Of a DNA stretch of 64,000 nt, positions 47,615 through 56,883 are shown in pieces. Source of the stretch: a virus. Each line of letters opens with the position of its first letter. The first letter of the stretch is position 1. A program made the position numbers and the translations under genes. The DNA is taken from IMG/VR virus record IMGVR_UViG_3300037418_003885, positions 7,249 to 71,248 of that record; one strand, given 5' to 3'. The notes below the pieces were generated by a model. The model was given only the letters and a program-made list of their open reading frames with translations, did no database searches and was not told the DNA's origin.

Positions 47615-48169
47615 CTAAGAGAATATCTTGGTAATGTCAAGCTGATCCGGCAGCCGAGCACAGTCTTTGGCGAGTAAACAGCAGGCCGGGTTGCGCTTGT
47701 TTTCCAGTGGCACCACCAGGATGTGGCCGAACTTCAGCTTCGGCATGGTCCACATGACGTCGGGGAAGTTGTTGACGTGCGTGATCTCGCCGAAGTCTGG
47801 CATGTAGCTGGTGATCGGGTTCATGATAAACGCTTCGAACGGCCGATCGCGCAGGTCCTTGATCTCAATGATCTCCATATGGCCGAAATCCTTGTCGGCG
47901 ATGACGATCGACCAGTCGAGCGGCATCTGGATGCGATACGGGCCGATTTGCAGATCAGCCGACGGGCGGGCGAACGAGTCGAGGAACACCAACGGGATAA
48001 AGTAAAAATCCACGTCCTGGCCGTTGCTGTAGTCAAGCACGCAGTAGCGCAGTTCATCGACTTCATCCGGAATACTGGTGTTGGCCGTCATCGTCAGCGG
48101 AATCATGTTCATGTTGAATGGGCGATTTTCCGAGGTAAGTATGAGCATCTCAGGTCTCCTGCGAGGCAA
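47615..48169 (-). CDS. Conserved jumbo-phage hypothetical protein
   Basis: 'ILT.EN..F', 'RYCVLD.S...DF.F.PL.FL.SF..P', 'MPLDWS'. Confidence 0.7.
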   Translation of the reverse strand: MPRRRPEMLILTSENRPFNMNMIPLTMTANTSIPDEVDELRYCVLDYSNGQDVDFYFIPLVFLDSFARPSADLQIGPYRIQMPLDWSIVIADKDFGHMEIIEIKDLRDRPFEAFIMNPITSYMPDFGEITHVNNFPDVMWTMPKLKFGHILVVPLENKRNPACCLLAKDCARLPDQLDITKIFS

Positions 48170-48350
48170 TGCTATGAAAATTTATTTTGAGGCGTTCAGC
48201 GTCGCAACATGTTTCTTCGATGATTTCTTCTGATCGCCGCCTTCACGGCGCGGCGCAGATACTTGCGCGGATAGAATAGCACGACGACGGTGATCACGGC
48301 CATGATCGCATAGCAGGTAGATAATGGCATGTTGTTGTGTTGCCTTTGAC

Positions 48351-49772
48351 TCAGCGGTAATCGACTTTGGTCACGGCAAACGGATAGCCAGCGTCCTTAT
48401 AGTATTCCTTACGCTTGCTCTGATGCCGCCGGGAAAATTTTAGGCTTGACGAGATGTCATAGATTGTCGCCGACGACTTGTCGTTTGCCTTGCGTAGAGT
48501 TCGGCCGATGGACTGCACTGTACGGACGAAACTCTTGCCGCACTCTATTAACACACAGTTAAAGAGTCGAGGGATATTGATGCCAACGGCGGCGACACCG
48601 TAAGTAGCGATAATGACCTTGTCACCGGCAGTTTGAACTTCATCATATTCCTTCTGCCGGGTCTTCTGCTTCGTCGCCCCTGAGACGAACACCGAATCTG
48701 GGATAAGCTTGTGCAGCGTTTCGCCGGTCTCAATACGATCAACCAAGACCAGGGTGTTGCCGCTGTCAGCGATCGACTGCACACGCTGGGCGAGCCAGTT
48801 CAACCGCGTCTTGTCGGTGACCAAAAAGGTATGTTCGGTGTCGTAGTCGGCGAAACCCACGTGGTCGTCTTGCATTTGCAGGATTTCTATTTTACAGCGT
48901 GCCAGAACGCCGCGCTCTTGTAGCTCGGCGGCGCGCAACTCGCCGACGATCGGCCCCAACGCCGCGAGCAACGAGACAGCCTCATGCTCCGCCTTGGGGA
49001 TGGTCCCCGTCAAACCCCAACGGATCGGAATTTGTCCGAACGGGCCGCACAACAGATTACGCAGGTCGTTTCCGCGTACGCTGTGGACTTCATCGACTAT
49101 GACGCAGGTGACCCCCTCAATGAAATCCATGATCGTTGGCGTATCTTCGGCGCGACGGCTCCTCTTGGAGAATACGCTGAGGGACTGCCATGTACAGATG
49201 GTGTGCTGATGGCCCCATTCCTTGCGGTCGCCGAAGAATACGCCGACATCGAGGCCGATGTTGCGGTAGTCGGCCTCGGTCTGCACCACCAAACTCTTGC
49301 TTGGCACGATGATGATCGAGCGTCCGTAGGGTTCAATGATCGAGGATAAGGCGGCCGTGAGGAGCGTGTTGTGATGTATAATTCCAGCAGCATCACAGTA
49401 CAGATGCGGAGCGTCTATACCAATGTCATAGAATTCTTGCTGGGGTAGCGCTTTGTTTGCGGCAACGGTTAAGACACCGACGGCAGTCAGGACCGTAGAG
49501 TCCGGTGGAAGATCGCAGGCGAACACCTCATTCTCATCCCCACCTAAAAGAATATGTCGCTCGGCGCATCTGAGTACATGCCCGTTCGTGAACTTGATTT
49601 CTCGACCGGCACAGGATTTCTTAATCATGCCGTTGACACGGGCGTCTCCCGTTGGCGTTGGAACTTTAATATCTAACGTGGAAACTCCAATCGTTTCATC
49701 AAAACGCAATGTTTGCGCCGAGAAATCGGCCGCAGCCTGTACTAAATCGCCGATTTTAACTCTGATTTTCAT
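48351..49772 (-). CDS. uvsW: UvsW-like SF2 helicase C-terminal part preceded by a 135-aa split-intein C half
   Basis: Intein blocks 'LRCAERH' and 'FYDI.I...H.Y....IIHHN/T' (49368-49772), then DEVH, GLTGT and QSIGR helicase motifs. Confidence 0.9.
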   Translation of the reverse strand: MKIRVKIGDLVQAAADFSAQTLRFDETIGVSTLDIKVPTPTGDARVNGMIKKSCAGREIKFTNGHVLRCAERHILLGGDENEVFACDLPPDSTVLTAVGVLTVAANKALPQQEFYDIGIDAPHLYCDAAGIIHHNTLLTAALSSIIEPYGRSIIIVPSKSLVVQTEADYRNIGLDVGVFFGDRKEWGHQHTICTWQSLSVFSKRSRRAEDTPTIMDFIEGVTCVIVDEVHSVRGNDLRNLLCGPFGQIPIRWGLTGTIPKAEHEAVSLLAALGPIVGELRAAELQERGVLARCKIEILQMQDDHVGFADYDTEHTFLVTDKTRLNWLAQRVQSIADSGNTLVLVDRIETGETLHKLIPDSVFVSGATKQKTRQKEYDEVQTAGDKVIIATYGVAAVGINIPRLFNCVLIECGKSFVRTVQSIGRTLRKANDKSSATIYDISSSLKFSRRHQSKRKEYYKDAGYPFAVTKVDYR

Positions 49773-49870
49773 TTAAACGTTCCAGTATGAAGTTTTGGAC
49801 GAGACGTATGCTTGCAGGCACCGGCTCATTGTCCCAGACGGTTAGCAGGTGAAAACCAGCGGCCTCATGC
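49763..49870 (-). pseudogene. C-terminal remnant of a Vsr/DUF559-like endonuclease between the uvsW halves
   Basis: Frame reads EAAGFHLLTVWDNE...VQNFILERLNENQS* and overlaps the start of the C half. Confidence 0.55.
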
Positions 49871-50012
49871 CCTGGTGATGCCGACAACGCGGCGGCGGAT
49901 CAACCTCCTCTGCTCGATCAAGCGACGCACGCCATCTCCGCTGTCGCTCCAACTAAGAGCAAAACGTGTACTCCAGACCGTTTTGCCTATAGCATGTAGT
50001 AGTTCGCAGTTT

Positions 50013-50621
50013 TTATTGGCTACCGTCCGTTTCCACTGTCGCTCTGGAATTTTCTGAAAACGTTCTATCCACTCCTGTACCGGTCGCGACCTTCTGGTAA
50101 TTGACCGTATTTAATAAGAACTTACCGAACTCCGTCGTTTCGTCGATGTCTATTTCCAGCAACGTATCTTGATCTAAACATTTACCTGCCGCAGTCGCTA
50201 TAACCGCTATGCCTTGTAGATTATCGATGAATTGATTGATGGCGTTGACTTGATAGTCGCGAAGCTCAATCTGGCGACCGGCCAGCGGGTGGCCGGGCGG
50301 CCAAACGCGATCGGCGAAGTGATCGGCGTGTACCCGCGCAAGGCGAAAATCATAAAGTGGGCGTTGGTCATCGATCTCAATTTCGACTTTGGCGTCGCCG
50401 AGGATCGGCAGAATCCGGTCGAGCAAGTTTAAATAAGTTGCCCCGCCGATCGAACAGAACGACACCGTCCCGTCCCAGCGGCCCAACTTATACAACGGCA
50501 TATGCCGCGCTTCCGGCACCTTAAACTTTAACGCGTCGCTAATTTTTCTGCGGACAGCGACGTCAAGTCCCTCAAACCGCACATTGACGGCGTCGCGGAC
50601 GATCAATTTGCACTTATTCAT
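50013..50621 (-). CDS. uvsW: UvsW-like helicase N-terminal part with a short split-intein N half
   Basis: 'YKLGRWDG', 'LRDYQ', Walker A TAAGK interrupted by CLDQDT (from 50180). Confidence 0.9.
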   Translation of the reverse strand: MNKCKLIVRDAVNVRFEGLDVAVRRKISDALKFKVPEARHMPLYKLGRWDGTVSFCSIGGATYLNLLDRILPILGDAKVEIEIDDQRPLYDFRLARVHADHFADRVWPPGHPLAGRQIELRDYQVNAINQFIDNLQGIAVIATAAGKCLDQDTLLEIDIDETTEFGKFLLNTVNYQKVATGTGVDRTFSENSRATVETDGSQ

Positions 50622-50659
50622 TACAACCCATTTAAAAAAAGGTGGTGTAATTACTTATG

Positions 50660-50880
50660 ACTGTGAGCGCAGAATGTTTTCCACAACAAGATAGCCGGGT
50701 TTACCCGCCATCTTGTGCGGTAATATCTGGTTGGTGGATGGCCTTCCACCAACCAGCCGACCTCTCGCCTGACTACACAGGCACGGACCGGTTCCCCGCT
50801 GCCACGGGTGGACGATTTGCCAGCGACCCTTGGCAGGGGGTGCCGATTGTCGCCCTAGAGATCAAGAATTAGAGTACAGC
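50660..50880 (-). ncRNA. Candidate structured RNA or 5' leader upstream of uvsW
   Basis: Consecutive hairpins, including a perfect 12-bp stem at 50727-50756. Confidence 0.35.
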
Positions 50881-51027
50881 GGCGGTATACGTCAAGACAA
50901 ATAGTCCATAACGTCGTTTTGTTTATTGTCACCGGCGGTGTCATTTCGGCTGCGACAAGGGGTGCATATTTCGCTAGGTACTTGATCCAGTCTGGGCTAT
51001 AGGCCGAGGCGGGACAGGAGAGCGCAT

Positions 51028-51285
51028 ATGAACGATGAAATTATTAAGTTGGTTGTCACCGAGGAAGGCTCTGTGGACTTCGCCAAAGTTCCAAACCTCG
51101 CGCTACGCGACGTCGCAAACAAATACTGCATGGCCGTCACCGAGCCGGAAATTGTCAGTACACTACTGCGAAATCTTTTATTGCACGCCAGCGGCCGGGC
51201 GCTCATCAACATTCTGAAGGACCTGCGCGATGCCGCCATCCGGCACGGTGCGGGTGACAGTGTCGTCTTGACTGGGAAAGGCTGA
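51028..51285 (+). CDS. Hypothetical protein
   Basis: AGGAG RBS. Confidence 0.5.
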   Translation: MNDEIIKLVVTEEGSVDFAKVPNLALRDVANKYCMAVTEPEIVSTLLRNLLLHASGRALINILKDLRDAAIRHGAGDSVVLTGKG

Positions 51286-51325
51286 ACTTGGTAGCACTCC
51301 GTAGGTCTTCCTGCGGAGTGCCGCT

Positions 51326-51601
51326 ATGCCAACATGGCAACAGATGTCAGACAAGAAGCGCCGGTGGGCCATCTATCGCAAGGTACTGCATTTGCAGGGA
51401 CAGGCGCACGATCGAGCCATTTGGGCCGGTCTGATCGAACAGTACGGTGCTGACTGTTCGCTCAGTTGGGTGTGTCGCCGCTTAAAAGATTTCGAAAGAC
51501 GCGGTCACTTACAATGCACTTTTGAACGTGGCGCTGACAACGTCGTCCAGCGCTACTGGCATCCAAAAGGAAAGCGGAAAGGATGCGGTCAGCAATACTG
51601 A
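51326..51601 (+). CDS. Hypothetical protein (possible winged helix)
   Basis: GGAG RBS; 'VCRRLKDFERRGHL'. Confidence 0.45.
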   Translation: MPTWQQMSDKKRRWAIYRKVLHLQGQAHDRAIWAGLIEQYGADCSLSWVCRRLKDFERRGHLQCTFERGADNVVQRYWHPKGKRKGCGQQY

Positions 51602-52198
51602 CCGCATCAGTCTTATTCGGCTTCAGCTAGCCGCCCATCCGCCAGTCAACGCAAAATAGGTCAGCGTCAAAAAACCGCCGCCGAAAACGATAATACCCAC
51701 CACAGTCCAAAGTTTTTCCACCGTTGGGTCCTCCAGGCCGCTGCACGACGCCTCGATAACGCTTTTACCGTCGGCGCACAACGAACAACGCCGTGACCTT
51801 TCAACGCTGTACGCGGCCTCGGTGCACGATGGCGCACTCCGGATGGCTCTTAAGGGCCTTGTGATGGCGTAATTCGGTGACCGCTCGGTCGTCCATTTGA
51901 CGCATCCAGCGCAGCCAGTTGCGACGCCGGTAACGGGCGATCAGTTGATCGACACTCAACGGTGAGCCAAGCTCCTGCGCCTTGTGATGCACCTCCAGGA
52001 TCGTGAGGCGGGTGGCAATAGGCACCCAGTGGTCTGGGGCGGTGTCGGTCTTAACAGCAATTGTCCGAGCAATGAACTCTCCCTCGCACCATTGGACAAG
52101 CGTTGTCCAATGGTCCTGCAACCACATTCTAGGTGTCATATCATGTCCAGGGAAGTAAAGGCGGGAATGATCCCCGTCGAACGCAAGGCGCTTAAATA

Positions 52199-52885
52199 CT
52201 ACGCCGCGCTCGCAAGCGGGGCGCTCTTCGGCTTGTGTTTCAGCAGCCAAAGAGCTTCCGCGTGACGATCCGGCTTGGCCAATAGCCGCTCCAAGCTCCA
52301 GCCCAGGCTCGCGGCGATCAACGGCAATCGTTCTTCCTTGGGATAGCCGCGTCCAGAGCGCCAGTGCGTGACCGCCGACTGGCCGACGTTCGTCTGTGTG
52401 GCCATAGCCTGATTGCGCATGCGCAGTTCGGTCATGCGGGTGTCCAGATTGACGCAGAAATGGGCCGCCCAGGCGGGACGACGCGCCTCCGTGATCAGCC
52501 GTTTGCTGTCGCGTGGTGCTCGGATGTTAGCCGGGACCAAATGAATTTTTCCCTTAACGCCGCCAACGGCCCCGTTTAGCAAGCCCATAGCGAACAGCGT
52601 TTTGGCCCGGCTGAGGGGAATTTCTTCCCTCAGCGCCCATTGCGCGATCGGCAACATCGCCGGGATCGCAGTGTCGCTGTCTTCGAACAGGGCACTCGGC
52701 CGAGAGCCCAACACCCGCGCGATATCAATTATGCGATCGTCGGTCGGAATTGCCGTCCCGCGCCGATATTGGTTTACCATCTGACGCGACACCGAGATTG
52801 CCCGCGCCAACTCGGCGTTGCGCATCGAGTTTAGCGTCATCAAACGGTCAAGATTTGCGGCGAAAATTGCCGGATTGCGCTCCAT
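52199..52885 (-). CDS. Regulator with two XRE-type HTH domains
   Basis: 'ELARAISVSRQMVNQYRRG..IP' and 'MATQTNVGQSAVTHWRSG..YP'. Confidence 0.8.
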   Translation of the reverse strand: MERNPAIFAANLDRLMTLNSMRNAELARAISVSRQMVNQYRRGTAIPTDDRIIDIARVLGSRPSALFEDSDTAIPAMLPIAQWALREEIPLSRAKTLFAMGLLNGAVGGVKGKIHLVPANIRAPRDSKRLITEARRPAWAAHFCVNLDTRMTELRMRNQAMATQTNVGQSAVTHWRSGRGYPKEERLPLIAASLGWSLERLLAKPDRHAEALWLLKHKPKSAPLASAA

Positions 52886-52971
52886 TCAGCCAAGTCCTCT
52901 TTCGGAGTCGAACCATACCAGCCGAACCGCTGGTTGTCAAGACACGGATAGAATTGAAAATTAGCAACTGC

Positions 52972-53565
52972 TTAGCCCTGGTCGAGCACTGCCTGCCGCA
53001 GTGCCTCGATCGTCTCAGTGGGCGTATGGCGATAAATTTCGATCAGTGTCGCACGATAGTCGGCATCGGCGAGATAACGCTCGTGCACCTTGTCGATCGT
53101 CTCGTTGCCCAGGCCCCGATGCATTAGACGGAGCTTGGCAAGTTCCCAGGCGGCGTTGGCGAATGGCTCCGCACGCGGGCCTTCTTGCACCACGACGCCC
53201 GGCCTACGGCGGTAGGGCTGAGCGGGTCGAAAACGTGCCGGGCGTTGTGGCTCATCGAAGGAAAAATGATTTTCGCCGGTCCGCTTTTTGTGCTTCTTCT
53301 TGTGTTTTTTCGCCGGTTCAGTCGCTGGCGAAGGATACACGGCGGTTGATTGCGCGAGGCGCGGGCCGTCAACGAACGCCCGGCGCATCTCGCCTTGGAT
53401 CGCCCCGACATTGCGGAACGGCGTGCGTGCGCCACAAATCACCGGGCGTGCCCGCGCATGAACGAGGGTATATCGATCGTCTTCGACTTTCGCCACCTCC
53501 CACCCTTCGCGCCGCCAGTGATACAACGCTTCTTCGATTTCTTTGATCAAGTTGCCCTCGCTCAT
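52972..53565 (-). CDS. Hypothetical protein
   Basis: 197-aa co-oriented ORF. Confidence 0.5.
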   Translation of the reverse strand: MSEGNLIKEIEEALYHWRREGWEVAKVEDDRYTLVHARARPVICGARTPFRNVGAIQGEMRRAFVDGPRLAQSTAVYPSPATEPAKKHKKKHKKRTGENHFSFDEPQRPARFRPAQPYRRRPGVVVQEGPRAEPFANAAWELAKLRLMHRGLGNETIDKVHERYLADADYRATLIEIYRHTPTETIEALRQAVLDQG

Positions 53566-53612
53566 GGCTATGGAACACGCAGGTTCGTATCCGGCGGTGC
53601 TTCGGTCAAGGT

Positions 53613-54092
53613 TCAGAATACAGCGTCATTGACTCCGGCGACGATCAACTTCGTTAGATTGCTAAGCTGGAAATGCAGATACTCGTGTTGCTTGGTCACA
53701 GCAAGGAACTTGTTGCGGATCAGTGCAAGCCGATTACGGATCATCGCCAGAGCCAAGACCTCATCATCGGCCTCCACATACTTCTCTACGGTGGTTGCAG
53801 TCAGCGCCCGATTATAGTGCTCCAGGTAATGCTTGCGACGAGCACCCCTGACTGCAATCTCACGGATTTCCAGCAGGCCGAGGATCGCTTCAAGCTCTTG
53901 AAGCTGTCGCCAACGATAGCCGACGATGCCCGGCAACCGCTTTTGGATGTCCTCGACGCGCATGCCGCGCAGCGCCGTCATGTCGATCTCGGCGCTAGCG
54001 GCTGCATATTCATCTTCGAAGTAATCACTGGCATCGAGTATCGCCGTGGTGTCCGTCGGATCATTGAATATGTGCGCGTACCATGATCTCAA
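53613..54092 (-). CDS. uvsY: UvsY-like recombination mediator
   Basis: 'LPGIV..R..QLQE.EAIL', 'YLE.YNRAL....EKYV', 'LIRNKFL'; adjacent to UvsX. Confidence 0.8.
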   Translation of the reverse strand: MRSWYAHIFNDPTDTTAILDASDYFEDEYAAASAEIDMTALRGMRVEDIQKRLPGIVGYRWRQLQELEAILGLLEIREIAVRGARRKHYLEHYNRALTATTVEKYVEADDEVLALAMIRNRLALIRNKFLAVTKQHEYLHFQLSNLTKLIVAGVNDAVF

Positions 54093-54358
54093 TCTTCAAA
54101 ATCCTCTGGTTCATCCGCATCGTCCTCGTCGGCGAAGACGGTGGCAAACGCGGAAGCCATATCGGGGTCTTCATCGATGATCGAGGCGCAATCGCCGGCC
54201 TCGAAGCCATAGTCCTGGAATGCCTGGAGAATATCCTCAGCAATCGCCGGACGCTTACCGTGGGGCACGTTGTCGCGCACCACCTCCCAGATATCGAGAA
54301 TAACCTGCGCTTCACTCGACATTTTCAGGCTCCTGTTCAATTTCATCGACTTCAACAT
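54089..54358 (-). CDS. Small acidic conserved protein
   Basis: Coupled between uvsX and uvsY; start may be 54322. Confidence 0.6.
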   Translation of the reverse strand: MLKSMKLNRSLKMSSEAQVILDIWEVVRDNVPHGKRPAIAEDILQAFQDYGFEAGDCASIIDEDPDMASAFATVFADEDDADEPEDFED

Positions 54359-54842
54359 TGACGGCAGGGCCGGACTTATCGTCCTGCCATTCGGCCATCA
54401 CCATGTCAAAGAACTCGGGCGTCATTGCCTTGCGAAACAATTTATGTTCGGTGCCGTCCTTGCTCACATATTTGTAGCGATTGCCGTCCTTGACGAAGAC
54501 GGTCTTTTCGAACAGGTCGAACAGGCCCGAGTACCGTGACATCCCTGATGCATACGGTATATGCAGTTCGACCTCCTCGAACGGCTTTGCATAGCGCGTC
54601 TTGACGCACTTAATTTTCGCGCGGATACCAGCTACGTCGGTGATCTTGTTGCCGTGCTCGTCTTCTTTCAACTTGCGCTTGTTCATCGACACGACGATCG
54701 AAGACGCGAAGAGAAATCCAGAATTATGAGATGCAATGGCATTTGCCCCGATTAGATAGTGATTTTCTCCGGCAACCTCGATGTCATAAACCGGCACAAC
54801 ATCATGCTGGAACGTCTTTTTCAAAACCGTTAACTTTTTCAT
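54312..54842 (-). CDS. uvsX: UvsX/RecA C-terminal part preceded by a 40-aa split-intein C half
   Basis: 'VYDIEV...HY......SHN/S' (54723-54842), then 'SGFLFASSIVV..KLKED..KTRYAKPFE'. Confidence 0.9.
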   Translation of the reverse strand: MKKLTVLKKTFQHDVVPVYDIEVAGENHYLIGANAIASHNSGFLFASSIVVSMNKRKLKEDEHGNKITDVAGIRAKIKCVKTRYAKPFEEVELHIPYASGMSRYSGLFDLFEKTVFVKDGNRYKYVSKDGTEHKLFRKAMTPEFFDMVMAEWQDDKSGPAVNVEVDEIEQEPENVE

Positions 54843-55038
54843 AGTCAATCCCATGTAAAATACAATGTTTTTCAATTGCGCTGATACAGGCCGCAAGTAG
54901 CGCTGGTCTGTCGCGACGGCGTCTATGCATCGGTGTATTAGCCGTGTTCACGCCGACGCGCCTTTGATGCTCACAGCGCAAGCGCTCGCTCTCTTCGATG
55001 GGATGCCCTTTCTTTAGCCAGCTAGCGGAAGACATCAC
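54802..55038 (-). pseudogene. Probable internally deleted homing-endonuclease remnant between the uvsX halves
   Basis: 'WLKKGHPIEESER...HQ' resembles W..KG.S.EEA repeats of phage HEGs; overlaps the start of the C half. Confidence 0.4.
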
Positions 55039-55048
55039 ATCAGGCGGG

Positions 55049-56398
55049 TCAGAAGGCTAAGATATTCACGCCTTCCGCGATATCATCGGCGGTTCTCCAA
55101 ATCTGTCCGTCGTCGCTGTCTACCAAGAACTTGTGCTCGGGGCTGCATTCAATTATTTCGCCGTCCGATAGTTCAAGCCTGTACGTTGGTTTATTGAAAT
55201 TCCAGCGATGTGTAACAGAAGCATCACCAAACAGTGTCTTCACCTGATCATCCAGATGCACATCTTCAATCGCACGCATCGATCCGTCAGCCATATGGAC
55301 CAACGTGTCTGCTTTCAAGCAACCACCCGAGATCACATCATCCGGGCTGTATAGGTCTTGCGACTTATACGTATGATTGGTCGCCACCAGTCCAATCTCA
55401 TAGCCGGCGAACAGCCGAATGCAGTTGGCCACCAGCATTTTCAGCATCTTCGCCTTGATGCCTTTGTCGCCTTTCAGTTCATTCTTGTCGAACTGATCGA
55501 TCTCCGCCTGTGTTTGCACGACGCCAAGAGAATCAACGACAAACAACACCTTGTTCTGCTGCTCGCGCGGGGTGTCTTTGTTCGCCTCAACATAATGCTT
55601 CGTGAATTCGCGGACGACATCCGCCACTTCGTCGATGGTAGACACCACCTCTTTCGTGAGGTTGGGATGATCGGTGTCGATGCCGAGATTGCGCATCCAA
55701 GTTTGCTTCAGCGCATCTTCAGTGTCCATCAGCACGACGTAGATGCCTTTGGCCAACGCGTCGCGCACGATATTACCCGAAACGATATAGCTTTTGCCGC
55801 TGTTATGGCTAGAGATACCATCGCCCCAATAACGATGATTGGGATGATCGATCTCGAAGTCATAGCATTCCTGGTCGTCCGCCGTGCCGACCAATGTGAC
55901 CAACTTATCGCCGTCTATGGTGCGAATGATGTCGCCGCGATGGAGATCGCCTGCTGGCACCCACTGGCTGTCGTGCCGCTGCACAAGGTGATTGTGGGCA
56001 CAAACACTGCGCAAGCCATTGACGGTCTCGATGACCACCATCGGAAGCACACCTTTGTCCCACCAGGAGATGATTTTTTGCCACCCATCGGGTGTGTCGA
56101 TCTCAAGCGCGATGTCATCGCGCTGAAAGAGATGCCGCAATCCGCCGACGGTGACATTCACCGGCATTCCCGCATCCAAACGGACGCGCACGGTGGCGTC
56201 AGCCGGCAGACAACCGCTCTCCCCAGCAAACACGGTCACGGCACCGAGCGGCACACCGCGATCAAAATGGCCGGAGATCATCTTGTTCAGGGCGTAATTG
56301 CCGGTGTCGATCCAGGTGATCGGATCGGAAAAGCCGCCGCGCAATCCTAAACGCTTATTGCGATCTTTACGTATTTTGGAGAAATCAAACGCTGTCAT
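55049..56398 (-). CDS. uvsX: UvsX/RecA N-terminal part with a cis mini-intein in the P-loop and a 90-aa split-intein N half
   Basis: GESG/C...SHN/SGKS (intein 55802-56212); 'VVDSLG', 'TNHTY'; ISGG/CLKADT...CSPEHKF (55052-55321). Confidence 0.92.
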   Translation of the reverse strand: MTAFDFSKIRKDRNKRLGLRGGFSDPITWIDTGNYALNKMISGHFDRGVPLGAVTVFAGESGCLPADATVRVRLDAGMPVNVTVGGLRHLFQRDDIALEIDTPDGWQKIISWWDKGVLPMVVIETVNGLRSVCAHNHLVQRHDSQWVPAGDLHRGDIIRTIDGDKLVTLVGTADDQECYDFEIDHPNHRYWGDGISSHNSGKSYIVSGNIVRDALAKGIYVVLMDTEDALKQTWMRNLGIDTDHPNLTKEVVSTIDEVADVVREFTKHYVEANKDTPREQQNKVLFVVDSLGVVQTQAEIDQFDKNELKGDKGIKAKMLKMLVANCIRLFAGYEIGLVATNHTYKSQDLYSPDDVISGGCLKADTLVHMADGSMRAIEDVHLDDQVKTLFGDASVTHRWNFNKPTYRLELSDGEIIECSPEHKFLVDSDDGQIWRTADDIAEGVNILAF

Positions 56399-56789
56399 TA
56401 TTAATCAAACCCTCGGCTACATCTGAGATCATAATATCTCTAAATCGATCTATCAAGTTTACGCCGACGACATTGGCGAAGCGCTGTAAAGCTAGAACAG
56501 CGGCCTCTTCGATATTGGCCAGTCGTTGGTGGCCGTTACCAGAAGCCACCATGCGCATCGTCGGGCTTTCCGCCAGCCCGAGAATGTGGGCAAGCGCCAC
56601 ATGCGTGAGTTCGTGTTCCTGACATAGGCGCAGAGTGTCATCGCGGTAGCCGTGTTCTGCTGCCGTCTCCCTATAACTGTCGGTGTCTTCTGGCATGCCG
56701 CAGATCGTAGCACCGTCGTGGAGTGTTATGCGCGTGCTATCGGGAAAAAACTCGACGCGGTTCGCACCGAACGTCAACATCAATGTCAT
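56385..56789 (-). CDS. Hypothetical protein with HExxH motif
   Basis: 'QEHELTH'; coupled to uvsX. Confidence 0.55.
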   Translation of the reverse strand: MTLMLTFGANRVEFFPDSTRITLHDGATICGMPEDTDSYRETAAEHGYRDDTLRLCQEHELTHVALAHILGLAESPTMRMVASGNGHQRLANIEEAAVLALQRFANVVGVNLIDRFRDIMISDVAEGLINNDSV

Positions 56790-56883
56790 GTGTCACCAAA
56801 AACACAGGCGCGGAACAGTATTGCCCGCGCCATTCGGAAAAAGTCCGTGGGGAAACTCGCTCCCCACGGTTCAAATTGTCTTT

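Noticed and set aside
50780-50830. Cobalamin riboswitch (GGGAACCGGT on the minus strand)
   Set aside because: The other conserved elements, such as the GCCCCCGCAACTGT-like segment and B12 box, are not present.
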